A DNA stretch of 64,000 bases from assembly GCA_021298725.1 (NCBI GenBank), contig JAJTDU010000013.1:2170-66169 (forward strand). Direction: 5' to 3'. Position numbers and translations under genes: made by a program. This document shows positions 49,635 to 59,844 of the stretch, piece by piece. Within the stretch, counting starts at the first letter, position 1; each line of letters starts with the position of its first letter. The notes below the pieces were generated by a model. It saw only the letters and a program-made list of their open reading frames with translations, searched no databases and had not been told where the DNA came from. Source of the stretch: Verrucomicrobiaceae bacterium. Lineage in GTDB: Bacteria; Verrucomicrobiota; Verrucomicrobiia; Verrucomicrobiales; Verrucomicrobiaceae.

Positions 49635-51068
49635 TCACGCGTGCTGTAGCCGTTTCGCAGATTTTTTGCGAACTTCGGGAGCTAGGACGGAGTGAAACTG
49701 CTGTGCGATGTTGTGCCAGTCGAATTCATCACGACGAACATGCTCCATGCCCTGCGCGGCAAGGCGCGAACGAAGTTCTTGGTCGGTGTAGAGCGACTGC
49801 AAGGCAGCCACGAACGGCGCGTGATCGACGAGAGCGCCAGCGGTGTTGATCTCGGGGTTCATGAGCAGCCTGGAGCACGGGATTTTCAGCGCAGGCACGG
49901 CCCATTCGGCCAAAGCGGAGGAGTCCGGCACGATCTGCGGGATGCCGCAGGCCATGCCTTCCATGGTGGTGAGGCCCCAGCCCTCGCCCAGCGTGGTGGA
50001 AATCTGCAAGTCGAGGCTGCCGTAGATGCGCTGGAGATGCTGCGGGCTTTGCAGGCTGCGAATGTCATCGCAACCAGTGAGCAGCAGACGATCAGCGATG
50101 CCGTGGAAAGCGGCGACGCGGCGCAGATCCCAGCCCGTGTCTTTTTGAGCGCAATGCAGGAGGAGGAAGGCGTTGGAGACGCGATGCTGCTTGATCCAGT
50201 CGGCGAAGATGTGAATGGAGAGATCCAGGCGCTTGCGCGGCTGGTTGCGGTTGAGATTGCCGGCGATGAAGGCGTTGTGCGGCACGTTCAGATCGAGCAG
50301 GCGACGTGCCTCCGAACGAATCATCGGCTGGAACAATGCGGTGTCGATGCCATGCGGAATGACCTGCCGTTTACCTTTGAATCCGGCCTTCACCGCCTCA
50401 CGATGACCGAAGTTCGTGTACCACACGGCGGCATGCAGTTTATTCAGTTCCTGCATGGCCGCCGGATCAAGGTGGCCACCGTCCACAGGCATGTAACCGA
50501 TGATGGGAACGCCCTTCGGTGCGATCTTCGCGAACTGAGCCACGTTCCACCAGTCGTTGTTGATGATGACAGCGGCGGGATCGAACTCTGCACAGAGATG
50601 CGCAAAACGGTTCATGCCCCACATGTCTCCGCCCTGGCAGGCGGGCATGACTTGATAGGGCAGTTCGTGTTCGGAACCATCATAGTTGATGCCGGAGACG
50701 ACCACATCCCACTGATGCTGAAGATGATTCAACACAGCGTGTGTCACGGTGGCGAAGCCGGTGGGCACGAGTGCGTCGCCGATCCAGAGCAGACGTGGCT
50801 TCTGCTGCTTGACGCCGAAGAACCGCCGGAACCACCCCTTCTTGGCAGGTTCTTTTTCAACCGTCGTGGTGCCAATGGCAAATTCCCCGCTGGCCATCAC
50901 AGTGAGTGAGCCGGCGCTCGTTTTCCGCGTCGAAACAGCGGCGTTCGACACCGGGCGCTTCGAACCGTCACTGTCTTTGATGCCCACTGCCTTTGATTTC
51001 GCCCTTGGGCGGACCGCCTTCTTGGAAGACACGCTGGCCGCCTTGCTGCTTTGGGACTGCTTTTTCAT
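49635..51068 (-). CDS. Glycosyltransferase family 4
   Basis: LLWIGDALVPTGFATV, IPHGIDT, NRNQPRKR, GEGWGLTTMEGMACGIPQI. Confidence 0.85.
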   Translation of the reverse strand: MKKQSQSSKAASVSSKKAVRPRAKSKAVGIKDSDGSKRPVSNAAVSTRKTSAGSLTVMASGEFAIGTTTVEKEPAKKGWFRRFFGVKQQKPRLLWIGDALVPTGFATVTHAVLNHLQHQWDVVVSGINYDGSEHELPYQVMPACQGGDMWGMNRFAHLCAEFDPAAVIINNDWWNVAQFAKIAPKGVPIIGYMPVDGGHLDPAAMQELNKLHAAVWYTNFGHREAVKAGFKGKRQVIPHGIDTALFQPMIRSEARRLLDLNVPHNAFIAGNLNRNQPRKRLDLSIHIFADWIKQHRVSNAFLLLHCAQKDTGWDLRRVAAFHGIADRLLLTGCDDIRSLQSPQHLQRIYGSLDLQISTTLGEGWGLTTMEGMACGIPQIVPDSSALAEWAVPALKIPCSRLLMNPEINTAGALVDHAPFVAALQSLYTDQELRSRLAAQGMEHVRRDEFDWHNIAQQFHSVLAPEVRKKSAKRLQHA

Positions 51069-51116
51069 GGGATGTGCGTGGGTTGAGGTGAATTCTCGGG
51101 TCATTTTTCGTGAATA

Positions 51117-52700
51117 TCACAGTCCGGTATCGTGAATATCACAGTCCGGCAGCAAGAGGCGCAACTCCGCCAAAAGCGCATGATCCACGGAGTCGCTCAC
51201 GCGCAACCATTTCAATTGCTTGCAGGATGAGAGATAGGGCAGGGCTTCACGAGTGATCACCGGACTTGAGGTGAGATCGAGGTGGCTGAGGTTGCTGAGA
51301 CTGGAAAGGCTGCTCAGTGCTGTGGCAGGCACCTGCAAACCGCGCAGATTGAGGTTGGTGACCGTGCCTGCGGCTTTGAGCAGGGCGACGAGTTCCTTCA
51401 GGTCTATTTCATTGGAGATCGGCAGACCCGAGACGGCAAAACAGACCCGCCACACAGTGAAGGACTCATTCCTCAATCGGTCCATCTGCCAGACGTCGGC
51501 ATTCCCGCCCATCCCCTTCTCCACGATGGCAGGAGTGCTGACATTGAGAAATCCTTCGTGTGCGAAAACCCACTCGGCCAGCCTCACCTGCTCTGGAGCT
51601 GCCTGAGCCTGCTCTACGTCAGGCACGGAGGCTGAAACCAGGCCTGAGGATGTGGCAGGCCGCACCGCACGCCATCCAAAGGCGGTCAGTGCACTGAGCA
51701 GAAGTAAGGCTGCCGCCTTAGCTGGCCACAATGCCCGAGGTTTGCGGGTTTGGATCTGGATTGTGTCAGCATCGGTGGGAATCCGGCCCAGTTTCTCATC
51801 GGGAGTCGTGGCCACACTCTTGGGAAAGCGACGGAAATTTTTCCAGTTGTCGCTGTTCCTGAGCAGCTTCTCCAGCACCTGCGTCATGTCGCTGATGTGC
51901 TGGTAACGCTTCTCCGGGTTGCTCTGCATCGCCTTGCTGACGACGACGTCGATGCCCTTGTCAGCACCTGAGCAGACGGAGGGTGGCTCCCATGCACCCT
52001 TGGGCAGGTGTCCGGTGAAGATCTCATAAATCATCACGCCGAGGGAGTAAATGTCCGCGCGGTGGTCGATCTTCCCGTCGTGATCGAGCGCCTCGGGCGC
52101 GATGTAGTGCGGCGTGCCAAGCGTCGTGCCGGTGGCAGTGTAATCTGCCGACTGCGGGCCGACGACTTTCGCTAAGCCGAAGTCCGCCACTTTCACATTC
52201 CCACGCTCGTCGATGAGGATGTTCGCGGGCTTAACATCGCGATGCACGATGCCGCGCTCGTGCGCGAACTGCAGCGCCTCGCAGACCTGGGTGATGATTT
52301 GGAGGATCTGCCGTGGCTCAGGCGAGTCGCGCTTCAGCAGGTGCTGCAAGTCCATGCCGGAGACGAACTCCATGGTGTAATACATATGGCCCTCGGCGGT
52401 CTCGCCAAAGTCATACACGGCGACAATGTGCGGATGATTGAGCCGTGCGAGCGCCTCGGCCTCGCGCCGGAAGCGCTCGGCGAAGGTGGCTTTGTTGCGA
52501 TGCACCTGGGGCAGCAGCTTCACGGCCACGGTGCGGTTGAGGCTTTTCTGCACTGCCTTGTACACCGCCCCCATGCCGCCACTGTCGATGAATTCGAGGA
52601 ACTGGTAGCCGGGAATCAGGACATCCAGCTCCGCCGTCGAGGGCGGCGCGAAGGGTTCGAACTTGATGGCGTCACCGCCTTGGTTCTGCGCCGATTGCAT
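51117..52700 (-). CDS. Hanks-type Ser/Thr protein kinase, single TM, C-terminal LRR-like region
   Basis: GGMGAVYKA, VAVK, HRDVKPAN, DFG, GTPHYIAPE. Start at 52700 is supported by the upstream TTGCTA-17-TAAAAC. Confidence 0.92.
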   Translation of the reverse strand: MQSAQNQGGDAIKFEPFAPPSTAELDVLIPGYQFLEFIDSGGMGAVYKAVQKSLNRTVAVKLLPQVHRNKATFAERFRREAEALARLNHPHIVAVYDFGETAEGHMYYTMEFVSGMDLQHLLKRDSPEPRQILQIITQVCEALQFAHERGIVHRDVKPANILIDERGNVKVADFGLAKVVGPQSADYTATGTTLGTPHYIAPEALDHDGKIDHRADIYSLGVMIYEIFTGHLPKGAWEPPSVCSGADKGIDVVVSKAMQSNPEKRYQHISDMTQVLEKLLRNSDNWKNFRRFPKSVATTPDEKLGRIPTDADTIQIQTRKPRALWPAKAAALLLLSALTAFGWRAVRPATSSGLVSASVPDVEQAQAAPEQVRLAEWVFAHEGFLNVSTPAIVEKGMGGNADVWQMDRLRNESFTVWRVCFAVSGLPISNEIDLKELVALLKAAGTVTNLNLRGLQVPATALSSLSSLSNLSHLDLTSSPVITREALPYLSSCKQLKWLRVSDSVDHALLAELRLLLPDCDIHDTGL

Positions 52701-52804
52701 GCGGCGTTTTAAGCGCAAGCGGCCCGCTTAGCAAGACATCCCGACCGATAATCCCAAAATAAACCATATGCCCCGAGGGATTTCCCTTTTGCATCCTTCG
52801 CATT

Positions 52805-53974
52805 TTAAGCTGCCCGATACGCGGCCAGGAGTTGCTCCACGCTGCGTTCCCAGTTCAGTTCCTGGGTCAAACGCGTATGACCGGCGGCGGCGAGGGTTTG
52901 GCGGAGGGATTCGTCGTCGAGTAAGGTGAGGATGGCATCTCCGAGCAGTTCGGCGCTGTTTTACATGACATAAACGGCGCCGTCTCCAGCGGAGAAACGA
53001 CCCTCAACGGTGCCGAACATGACGATCGGCTTCGCGAAGGCCATGTATTCGAGCACCTTGTTCATGGTGCAATGGTCGTTGTAGGCGTTGATGGGATCGC
53101 AGGCGACGCCGAGGTCGATGCTGCGCAAGGCGCGGCACAAAAACTCATCGCTGACACGCCCAGGCATGCGGATGTGCTCCTGCAGGCAGAGTTGGTCGCG
53201 CAACTTAAGCAATTCGGTATGCTCGGGGCCGGACCCCATGAGAAGGAACTGCACATCGGTGCGTTGGCGCATTTTAACGATGTGATCGGCGGCGCGGACG
53301 AGGTAATCGACGCCATCGGCATTGCCCATGACGCCGATGTAGCCGACGAGGTGTTTTTTTCCTGCCCGCAGTGATTCATCCGGCTCCGCCGTGGTTTTCA
53401 TGCGGTTCGGAGCGGTACGGACGACGAAGGCGCGGTCATCCCGCAGCTTGCCTCGCTTCTTCACCGCACGGAGTACGCTTTGGTTGGTGGCGATGACGAC
53501 ATTGGCGAGGGCGAGCGTGCAGCGCTCGGCGATGCGCACGGCCCAGTACATGAGGCCACGTCTGCCGAACTTAGCCTCAAACATCTCCGGCCACAGATCA
53601 TGCACGTCAAAGATGACTTTCACGCCGCCCAAGAGCTTGAAGGGCAGGGCGACGAGGAAGAGCAGATCAGGCGGATTGCAGAGATGAATGACGTCGAACC
53701 CGCCTCGGCGCCAAGCTTTGAGCGCACAGCGGAATTCACCCCACAAGGCAGAGGCGTACTCGGAAACAAAACCACCCACGGAATTCGCCTCGCCGCTGAT
53801 CCAGTGGCGGTAGATCTGGATGCCTTCGAGCACTTCTTCCGGCTGCGTGTAGCCACGCATCTGCGGGCAGATCACCGTGACCTGATGCCCGGCATCCCGC
53901 AAGGCGCAGGCTTCCTGCCACACGCGCCGGTCGAAAGGCACCGGAAGGTTTTCGACGAGGATGAGGACGCGCAT
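52805..53974 (-). pseudogene. Glycosyltransferase family 4 with an in-frame TAA at 52961-52963
   Basis: VENLPVPFDRRVWQEA...MNKVLEYMA. After the stop the same frame continues NSAELLGDAILTLLDDESLRQ...LNWERSVEQLLAAYRAA to a stop at 52805. Confidence 0.85.
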
Positions 53975-53986
53975 GGCGGGCGGAAA

Positions 53987-55510
53987 TCAGGCACCTGGGC
54001 CGACCTTGGCAGCGCGCTGTTCCTTGGAAAGCCATTGGATCTTGAGCTCCTTGCCATCTTTGGCACCGCCGCCGAAGAAATCGCCAGTGTCTTTGAGGGT
54101 GACGAAGATGATGAAGCCAAACAGCATCAAGGCGCAGGCAGTCTGCACATATTCGAGGATGCGCCCCTGCGCCGGCTTGCGGCGGATGGCTTCGATCGCG
54201 GCCATGGTGATGTGACCACCGTCGAGCACGGGCAGCGGCATCATGTTAAGAATGGCGAGGTTGATGTTGAAGACGACGCTGAACCACAACACAAGACGCC
54301 AGCCATCGGGGTGCTGGAATAGCTTGTAGTAGAGACGACCGACACCCACAGGGCCGCTCATATGAGCAGGGCTGAGGTCGGACTTGGGCGAGACCAGCTT
54401 GGAGACGAGGTTGCCCATGTGACGCACGGCGTCGCTGATCTGCTCCCAGGGCGTGAGAATGACGGGGGTGCGCTTGCCCTCCACATCCCAGGCCACACCG
54501 ATCATCGGGTATTCTTTTTTGTCTTCCGTGAATTCCTTCAGATTGCTCTGATCAGGAATGCGCGGCACAACGGGAATTTGAAGGACTTTGCCATCGCGTT
54601 CGACATCAAGCATGATCGTCTTGCCAGGAGTGGCCTTGATGTAATCTCCCAGCTCTCCCATGCTGCGCAGAGGTTTGCCATCGGCCTTGACCACGAGATC
54701 GTTGGCCTTGAGTCCCGCTTCTCCCGCCGGGCTGTTTGGGGCGATGCTGCCGACCATGGGAGTCATCTGGCCTTCCAGACCGACGGAGCGGAGGTCAGGA
54801 CGCTTGAAAATGGCACTCCACCAGGAGGTGGGCGCGGCGGGCTGGTCGGACTTCGGCCAGGACTTCGGATCGACGTCGAATTTCATCACGCCTTGGCCTG
54901 GACGTTCCACCTCAAAGGCGATCTTGTCTCCCTCGCTGGCCACGACGCTCCAGCGCACGCTATCCACGAGTCCTTCGAAGCGTTTCACCGGCTGGCCATC
55001 CACGTTGAGCACCTTGTCACCAGGGAGAATACCAGCCTGCATGGCAGGGCCGCCTTGTTCCACACGACCGACGATGGTGGTGGTGTGCGCCTCACTTTGA
55101 GGCTTGCCAACGAGCCAAACGGCCACGGCGAACAAGCAGGCAAGCATGAAACTGAACAGCGGACCCGCGAAGGCCACGATGGCCTTGTCCAGCGGAGTGA
55201 TGGGCGGAAGCGTTTCTGTGCTGGTCTCACCTTCGAGGCCGCCCATGGGGGCCATCTGCGGCAGGGCCACGAATCCACCGGCGGGGATGCTGCCGAGTCC
55301 GTATTCCACGCCGTTGAGGGTCTTTTTCCAGATCGGCTTGCCGAACCAGATGTAAAACTTGTCGATTTTGAGGCCACGCCAGCGGGCGGCAAGGAAATGA
55401 CCCCATTCGTGGACGACGATCATGAGGTTGAAGACCAGAATGACCTCCAGGAGAAGGATGAGGAAGCTGAGAATCTCACCGAGAGTGCCGAAAGAGGAAA
55501 GCCAAGCCAT
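53987..55510 (-). CDS. rseP: RIP metalloprotease RseP (site-2 protease, two PDZ domains)
   Basis: VHEWGH, AFAGPLFS, PDZ GILPGDKV / GLKANDLV, NMMPLPVLDGGH. Confidence 0.93.
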   Translation of the reverse strand: MAWLSSFGTLGEILSFLILLLEVILVFNLMIVVHEWGHFLAARWRGLKIDKFYIWFGKPIWKKTLNGVEYGLGSIPAGGFVALPQMAPMGGLEGETSTETLPPITPLDKAIVAFAGPLFSFMLACLFAVAVWLVGKPQSEAHTTTIVGRVEQGGPAMQAGILPGDKVLNVDGQPVKRFEGLVDSVRWSVVASEGDKIAFEVERPGQGVMKFDVDPKSWPKSDQPAAPTSWWSAIFKRPDLRSVGLEGQMTPMVGSIAPNSPAGEAGLKANDLVVKADGKPLRSMGELGDYIKATPGKTIMLDVERDGKVLQIPVVPRIPDQSNLKEFTEDKKEYPMIGVAWDVEGKRTPVILTPWEQISDAVRHMGNLVSKLVSPKSDLSPAHMSGPVGVGRLYYKLFQHPDGWRLVLWFSVVFNINLAILNMMPLPVLDGGHITMAAIEAIRRKPAQGRILEYVQTACALMLFGFIIFVTLKDTGDFFGGGAKDGKELKIQWLSKEQRAAKVGPGA

Positions 55511-55717
55511 GGAAAAAAGGAAATTACGGTCAGAACAGGGTTCTTCACCGGCAAGAGCGCCAGCAGAGGAGACGGAAAGCTAACATCCGGCGATGATTGG
55601 CGCAAATGATGCGCAGAGGTTTGTTCCGGGCGGGTGGCAACCTCCGCCACATGCCGTTGAAGATGAAATATTTGCCATCCAGTGCCCTCAGACGTATCGC
55701 TTTGCCTTTATTTCTCG

Positions 55718-56485
55718 ATGCTAAACCGCACCACTCTTTGCCTGATCCTGCCCTGGATGCTGCTCTCCTGCCGTTCTGTGAAGAGCGTGGTGGCAGCCGT
55801 GGAGGTGAAGCCCTCCAGCTTTCTGCCCAATGCAGCGAAACTGACTGAAGACCGCAAGCGCTCGCCCTTCCTGGGCAATTGGTGGAACCCGAACGCGCGC
55901 GTGCAAAAAGCTGCGGAGAAAGTGAAAAAAATCTACATCGCCCCAGTGATTTCGGATCACCTGCGGCCGATGCGGCAAAAGCTCAGCAAACTTGAGTTCA
56001 GCCAGGAACGGCGGGCCCAGAAAGTGGTTCAGCTCGCCGACTACGCGCACGAAAAATTCACCCACGCCTTCAAGTCTGCCAAAACACCGCGATTCACCCT
56101 CGTGGACGCTCCTGCCAAGGACGCCATGACCCTGAAGCTCTCCATCCTCGAATGGGAACCCAACACACTGACGGGGCTGGCGGCACGTGAGGCTTTGGAC
56201 CTTGTGACCCTGCCCATGGTGGGTGATTTGCTGGCAAAACCGGCCCGAGGGCAGATTGCCATCGAAGGCATGATCATCGAACCCAAAACACGCAAGTCCT
56301 GGTTCGAGTTTGCCGACAAGGAGGAGGCCAAGACCCTCCTTCTCTTCTTCCCACAGGAACTATTTGCCTCGGGACAGGCCAAGTTTGCCATCCGGGAATG
56401 GGCACGTCAGTTGGTGAAGCTCATGAGCACGCCTTCGGACGTGAAGGTGCGGGATAGCCTGCCTTTCCAGATCATCGCTTTCTGA
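55718..56485 (+). CDS. DUF3313-like putative lipoprotein
   Basis: Lipobox LLSC, KPSSFL, KIYIAPV, IAIEG...FADKE. Confidence 0.6.
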   Translation: MLNRTTLCLILPWMLLSCRSVKSVVAAVEVKPSSFLPNAAKLTEDRKRSPFLGNWWNPNARVQKAAEKVKKIYIAPVISDHLRPMRQKLSKLEFSQERRAQKVVQLADYAHEKFTHAFKSAKTPRFTLVDAPAKDAMTLKLSILEWEPNTLTGLAAREALDLVTLPMVGDLLAKPARGQIAIEGMIIEPKTRKSWFEFADKEEAKTLLLFFPQELFASGQAKFAIREWARQLVKLMSTPSDVKVRDSLPFQIIAF

Positions 56486-56516
56486 GCGGCACTCCACAGT
56501 TTTCAAACCCACGTTC

Positions 56517-56984
56517 TCACGCGTCGTGCAGCTCAAAGATGCCCTCGATCTCTACGGCGATGTTCCCTGGCAGTGAGCCCATGCCCACCGCGCTGCGTGC
56601 GCCGATGCCATGCTCCTCGCCCCAGACCTGGCCAAACAGCTCGCTGCAGCCGTTGATGACCTTCGGATGATCCGGAAAATCGGGCGTGCTATTCACCATG
56701 CCGAGCAGCTTCACCACGCGCTTGACGCGGTCCAGGCTGCCGAGTTCGCTTTTCAGCGTCGCCAGCAGGGCGAGCGCGGTTTGTTTGGCGGCGGCCTTGC
56801 CCGCGTCGAGATCCAGATCCGCGCCGACCCGGCCGCAGATGTATTCGCCGTCGCCCAGGAAAGGCCCGTGGCCGGAGACGTAGGCCACATTGCCCAAGAT
56901 GACGACGGGCTTGTAAACACCGCCGCGTGGCGGCGGTGGCGGCAGGGTCAGTCCGAGGGAGGCGAGTTGTTGTTCGGCAGTCAT
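56517..56984 (-). CDS. RidA/YjgF family protein
   Basis: YVSGHGP, VVKLLGMVNS, HPKVINGCSEL, ARSAVGMGSLP. Confidence 0.9.
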   Translation of the reverse strand: MTAEQQLASLGLTLPPPPPRGGVYKPVVILGNVAYVSGHGPFLGDGEYICGRVGADLDLDAGKAAAKQTALALLATLKSELGSLDRVKRVVKLLGMVNSTPDFPDHPKVINGCSELFGQVWGEEHGIGARSAVGMGSLPGNIAVEIEGIFELHDA

Positions 56985-56999
56985 GGCGTGTGGAAAGGA

Positions 57000-57572
57000 T
57001 CAGGCATCGTTGAACAACTGGCGGTTCTTCCAGAAATAACTGAAGCCGGACACCAGAGTGAGCAGCGTGGTGAAATACACAATGATGTCGCCCACCCAGC
57101 CCGGCACCGTGGCATAAAACGGTTTCGCAAAACCGAACAACGTCTCTTCTGAAGCCAGTTTCACGAGATACCAGCTCACCGTGATGATCTGCCAGAGCAT
57201 TTTATGTTTCCCCAGTTTTTCCGCCATCAGGATGGCCCCCTGCCCCGCTGCGATGAGCCGGATGCCCGTCACGAAAAACTCCCGCGCCAGCACCACCACC
57301 GCCACCCAGGCCGGCAGATCCCCCTGCTCCACCAGCAGGATGAAGGCCGCCGCGATGAGGATCTTGTCCGCCAATGGGTCGAACAGCTTGCCAAAATTCG
57401 TCACAATGCCACGCGCCCGCGCGATCTTCCCGTCGAAGTAATCCGTGACCGACGCCACGCCGAAAACCAATGCCGCAATCGTGACGTGGTGCCCCACCGG
57501 CAGGTAAAAGCACACGACAAACACCGCCGTCAGTGCAAGACGGGCAACGGTGAGCTGGTTCGGCAGGTTCAT
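57000..57572 (-). CDS. pgsA: CDP-diacylglycerol--glycerol-3-phosphate 3-phosphatidyltransferase
   Basis: MNLPNQLTVAR, TDYFDGKIAR...FGKLFDPLADK, REFFVTGIR. Confidence 0.93.
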   Translation of the reverse strand: MNLPNQLTVARLALTAVFVVCFYLPVGHHVTIAALVFGVASVTDYFDGKIARARGIVTNFGKLFDPLADKILIAAAFILLVEQGDLPAWVAVVVLAREFFVTGIRLIAAGQGAILMAEKLGKHKMLWQIITVSWYLVKLASEETLFGFAKPFYATVPGWVGDIIVYFTTLLTLVSGFSYFWKNRQLFNDA

Positions 57573-57587
57573 GAGAGGGCGGCCTTC

Positions 57588-57617
57588 TGAGTAGCGATGG
57601 AATGCCCCCGCTGTCAA
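57588..57617 (-). promoter_or_regulatory. Putative sigma70 promoter for pgsA
   Basis: TTGACA-18 nt-TACTCA upstream of ATG 57572. Confidence 0.45.
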
Positions 57618-57646
57618 TGCCGGGACTGGGACAAAAAAAGCCCAAA

Positions 57647-58873
57647 CTACTGCGCACTGCGCTCAAAAGCATCCGCTTGGCCCTCGATCAACGCAATGGC
57701 CTCTCCTGCGAGGTAAAGTGAACCTGCGATGAGCACAGGTTGCGCCCCTCCCGCCGCATGAAGCGCTTCCGCCACGTCGGCGTGCATAGCCACCGGCCTT
57801 GGCTCAAGTCCCAGCCCCTGCCAAACGCGACAAAGCGCTTCTGCAGGCAGCGCCCGGGGTGATCCAAAAGACGTGAAATGCCAGCCATCCACGATGGACG
57901 CGATCTCCCGCAACACGCCGGAAACATCCTTGCCCGCCACCGCCCCGAAGACGACCTGCGCCCGCTGCTGCGGAAACTGCTCCCGCCACGTCCGCACCAG
58001 TACACGGGCGGCATCCAGATTGTGCGCACCGTCAATGACGACGCCAGGACGGATCTTTTGGAAGCGGGCTGGCCATTCCACCTCGCGCAGTCCGCATTGG
58101 ATCACGTTTTCGGCAAAATCAAAGCCTGCGGCTTTCAATGCAGCGACGGCCATCGCCGCATTCCAGCGCTGATGCGGCCCTGGCAGGCCCGTTTCGCGGC
58201 TCCACGCAGTTTCGAGCACCGTGAGAGGCGTACCACGCTCCACGGCGGTTGTTTGGATGACTTCCAGCGCCTCCCTCTCCTGCGTCATCGTGATCACGGG
58301 TACTCCCGGCTTGATGATCCCGGCTTTTTCAGCGGCGATCTTCGCCAACGTGTCCCCCAGCATGTCCATGTGATCCCAGCCAATCGGCGTGATGACGCTG
58401 ACGGCAGGCCAGAGGGCGTTCGTGGCGTCCAAACGTCCCCCCAAGCCCGTTTCGAGGATCACCCACGGATTCCCGCGCCGCGCGAACCATTCGAGCGCCA
58501 GAGCCAGCGTCAGTTCGAAGAACGTCGGATGCGGGTTCCAGCCTGAAACACGCTCACGCAGGCGGTTGATGCCCGCAGAGATCTCATCTGACGAAATCAT
58601 GCGCTCCGCATCCCGAATGCGCTCACCGAAATGCACTAGGTGCGGCGAGGTGAACAAACCAGCATTGATACCCGCCTGCTTTAAAATCGAGTGCATGAAG
58701 GCGCAGGTGGAGCCTTTCCCATTCGTTCCGGCGACGTGGATGAATTTCTGACCGGCGGCAGGCAGCCCCAGCTCGCGCAGCAATCGTTGCGCATTGTCGA
58801 GCCCCAGCTTGATGCCGAAGAGCTGCGTGCTGTAAAGCCAGTCGATTTCCTTTTGCGCCGTGTCGTGGGTCAT
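57647..58873 (-). CDS. folC: Folylpolyglutamate synthase/dihydrofolate synthase
   Basis: IHVAGTNGKGST, FTSPHL, ETGLGGRLDATN, DGAHN, GSLYLAG. Confidence 0.94.
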   Translation of the reverse strand: MTHDTAQKEIDWLYSTQLFGIKLGLDNAQRLLRELGLPAAGQKFIHVAGTNGKGSTCAFMHSILKQAGINAGLFTSPHLVHFGERIRDAERMISSDEISAGINRLRERVSGWNPHPTFFELTLALALEWFARRGNPWVILETGLGGRLDATNALWPAVSVITPIGWDHMDMLGDTLAKIAAEKAGIIKPGVPVITMTQEREALEVIQTTAVERGTPLTVLETAWSRETGLPGPHQRWNAAMAVAALKAAGFDFAENVIQCGLREVEWPARFQKIRPGVVIDGAHNLDAARVLVRTWREQFPQQRAQVVFGAVAGKDVSGVLREIASIVDGWHFTSFGSPRALPAEALCRVWQGLGLEPRPVAMHADVAEALHAAGGAQPVLIAGSLYLAGEAIALIEGQADAFERSAQ

Positions 58874-59745
58874 TCGCTTGGCATACGGTGCCTGCGCCGC
58901 AGCAGGGCGCAAGCGCCGAGCAGCAGCAGAAGGAAACGCGAGGGTTCCGGCACAACGCTGAAGTCGATGCCGACCGTTTCCATCTGGCCGAGATAAATCG
59001 GGATGAAATTGTCGATGGAATACGGAACGCTGCTGATCGTTCCAACGACCGAATGGGTGCCGACAAGCGCCAGACTTCCATGCCACGGGATGAAGGTCGG
59101 ACCGCTGGAGTCGCCACCTTCGACGATCGAATCCCCAGGAAGACTGCTGTTGTGTCTGTAGCCGATGCCATAGCTATCCTCGCCTATGCCTCCGGGGAAA
59201 TTGTAGGGCAGCAGGACATCGACCGTGTTGGCCCCGAGGCGCGGCCCGTTGGAACCATGGCCGTAAATGAGCGCCGGCAGCCCAAGGTATGACGCTAGCG
59301 TGTTCAACTCCAGAATGGGGTAATTGGTGATGCCATGCGCGGCATTCAAAGACGTCGAAAGCATGCCGACGGCGAAATCGCTCGTCTGGCCATTGAAAGT
59401 AAAGTTGTAAGACGTACCGCTCACGCCGTAGCTGACGACGGTGTCCAAGGTGGGACTGTAAAAGTTCAAGGTGGAGCCAGCTCCAGGCCCATAATGATTC
59501 GCATAGACAAAATGCTGGTCGCTGATCATCGCGAAGCTCTGCGCTGAGTTGGTCGCGTTCCAGCCAACGCCGGAGAGGTCGTAACCGTTGCCGAGGAAGG
59601 ACGCCGAGGTGTTTTCAACAGGCGCGGTCGGGTAGCCGGAGGCGAAACGGTCATTCGTGGCCGAGTCATAGCCTACAATCGTCAGGGCGTTGGCCGAAGT
59701 GGCGGCCAGAAGCGCGAAAAAACTGGTGACCTGAAACAAATTCAC
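58870..59745 (-). CDS. PEP-CTERM protein with trypsin-like protease motifs
   Basis: Signal peptide, YANHY, SDFAVG, GDSSGP, C-terminal VPEPSRFLLLLLGACALLRRRHR. GTG start at 59745 is preferred. Confidence 0.8.
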   Translation of the reverse strand: MNLFQVTSFFALLAATSANALTIVGYDSATNDRFASGYPTAPVENTSASFLGNGYDLSGVGWNATNSAQSFAMISDQHFVYANHYGPGAGSTLNFYSPTLDTVVSYGVSGTSYNFTFNGQTSDFAVGMLSTSLNAAHGITNYPILELNTLASYLGLPALIYGHGSNGPRLGANTVDVLLPYNFPGGIGEDSYGIGYRHNSSLPGDSIVEGGDSSGPTFIPWHGSLALVGTHSVVGTISSVPYSIDNFIPIYLGQMETVGIDFSVVPEPSRFLLLLLGACALLRRRHRMPSE

Positions 59746-59844
59746 GACCTCATCATGCTGCAATTTCGCAGATAGCCAAGAAACAAGTTCATGACGGAGG
59801 ATTCGTGGTTTCGCAGCCGCTGCGTGCCGCTATCGTGCTGCCGC

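Noticed and set aside
52961-52963. Stop-codon recoding (Sec/Pyl or alternative code)
   Set aside because: The codon is TAA, which ends many other genes here. A point change from GAA is simpler.
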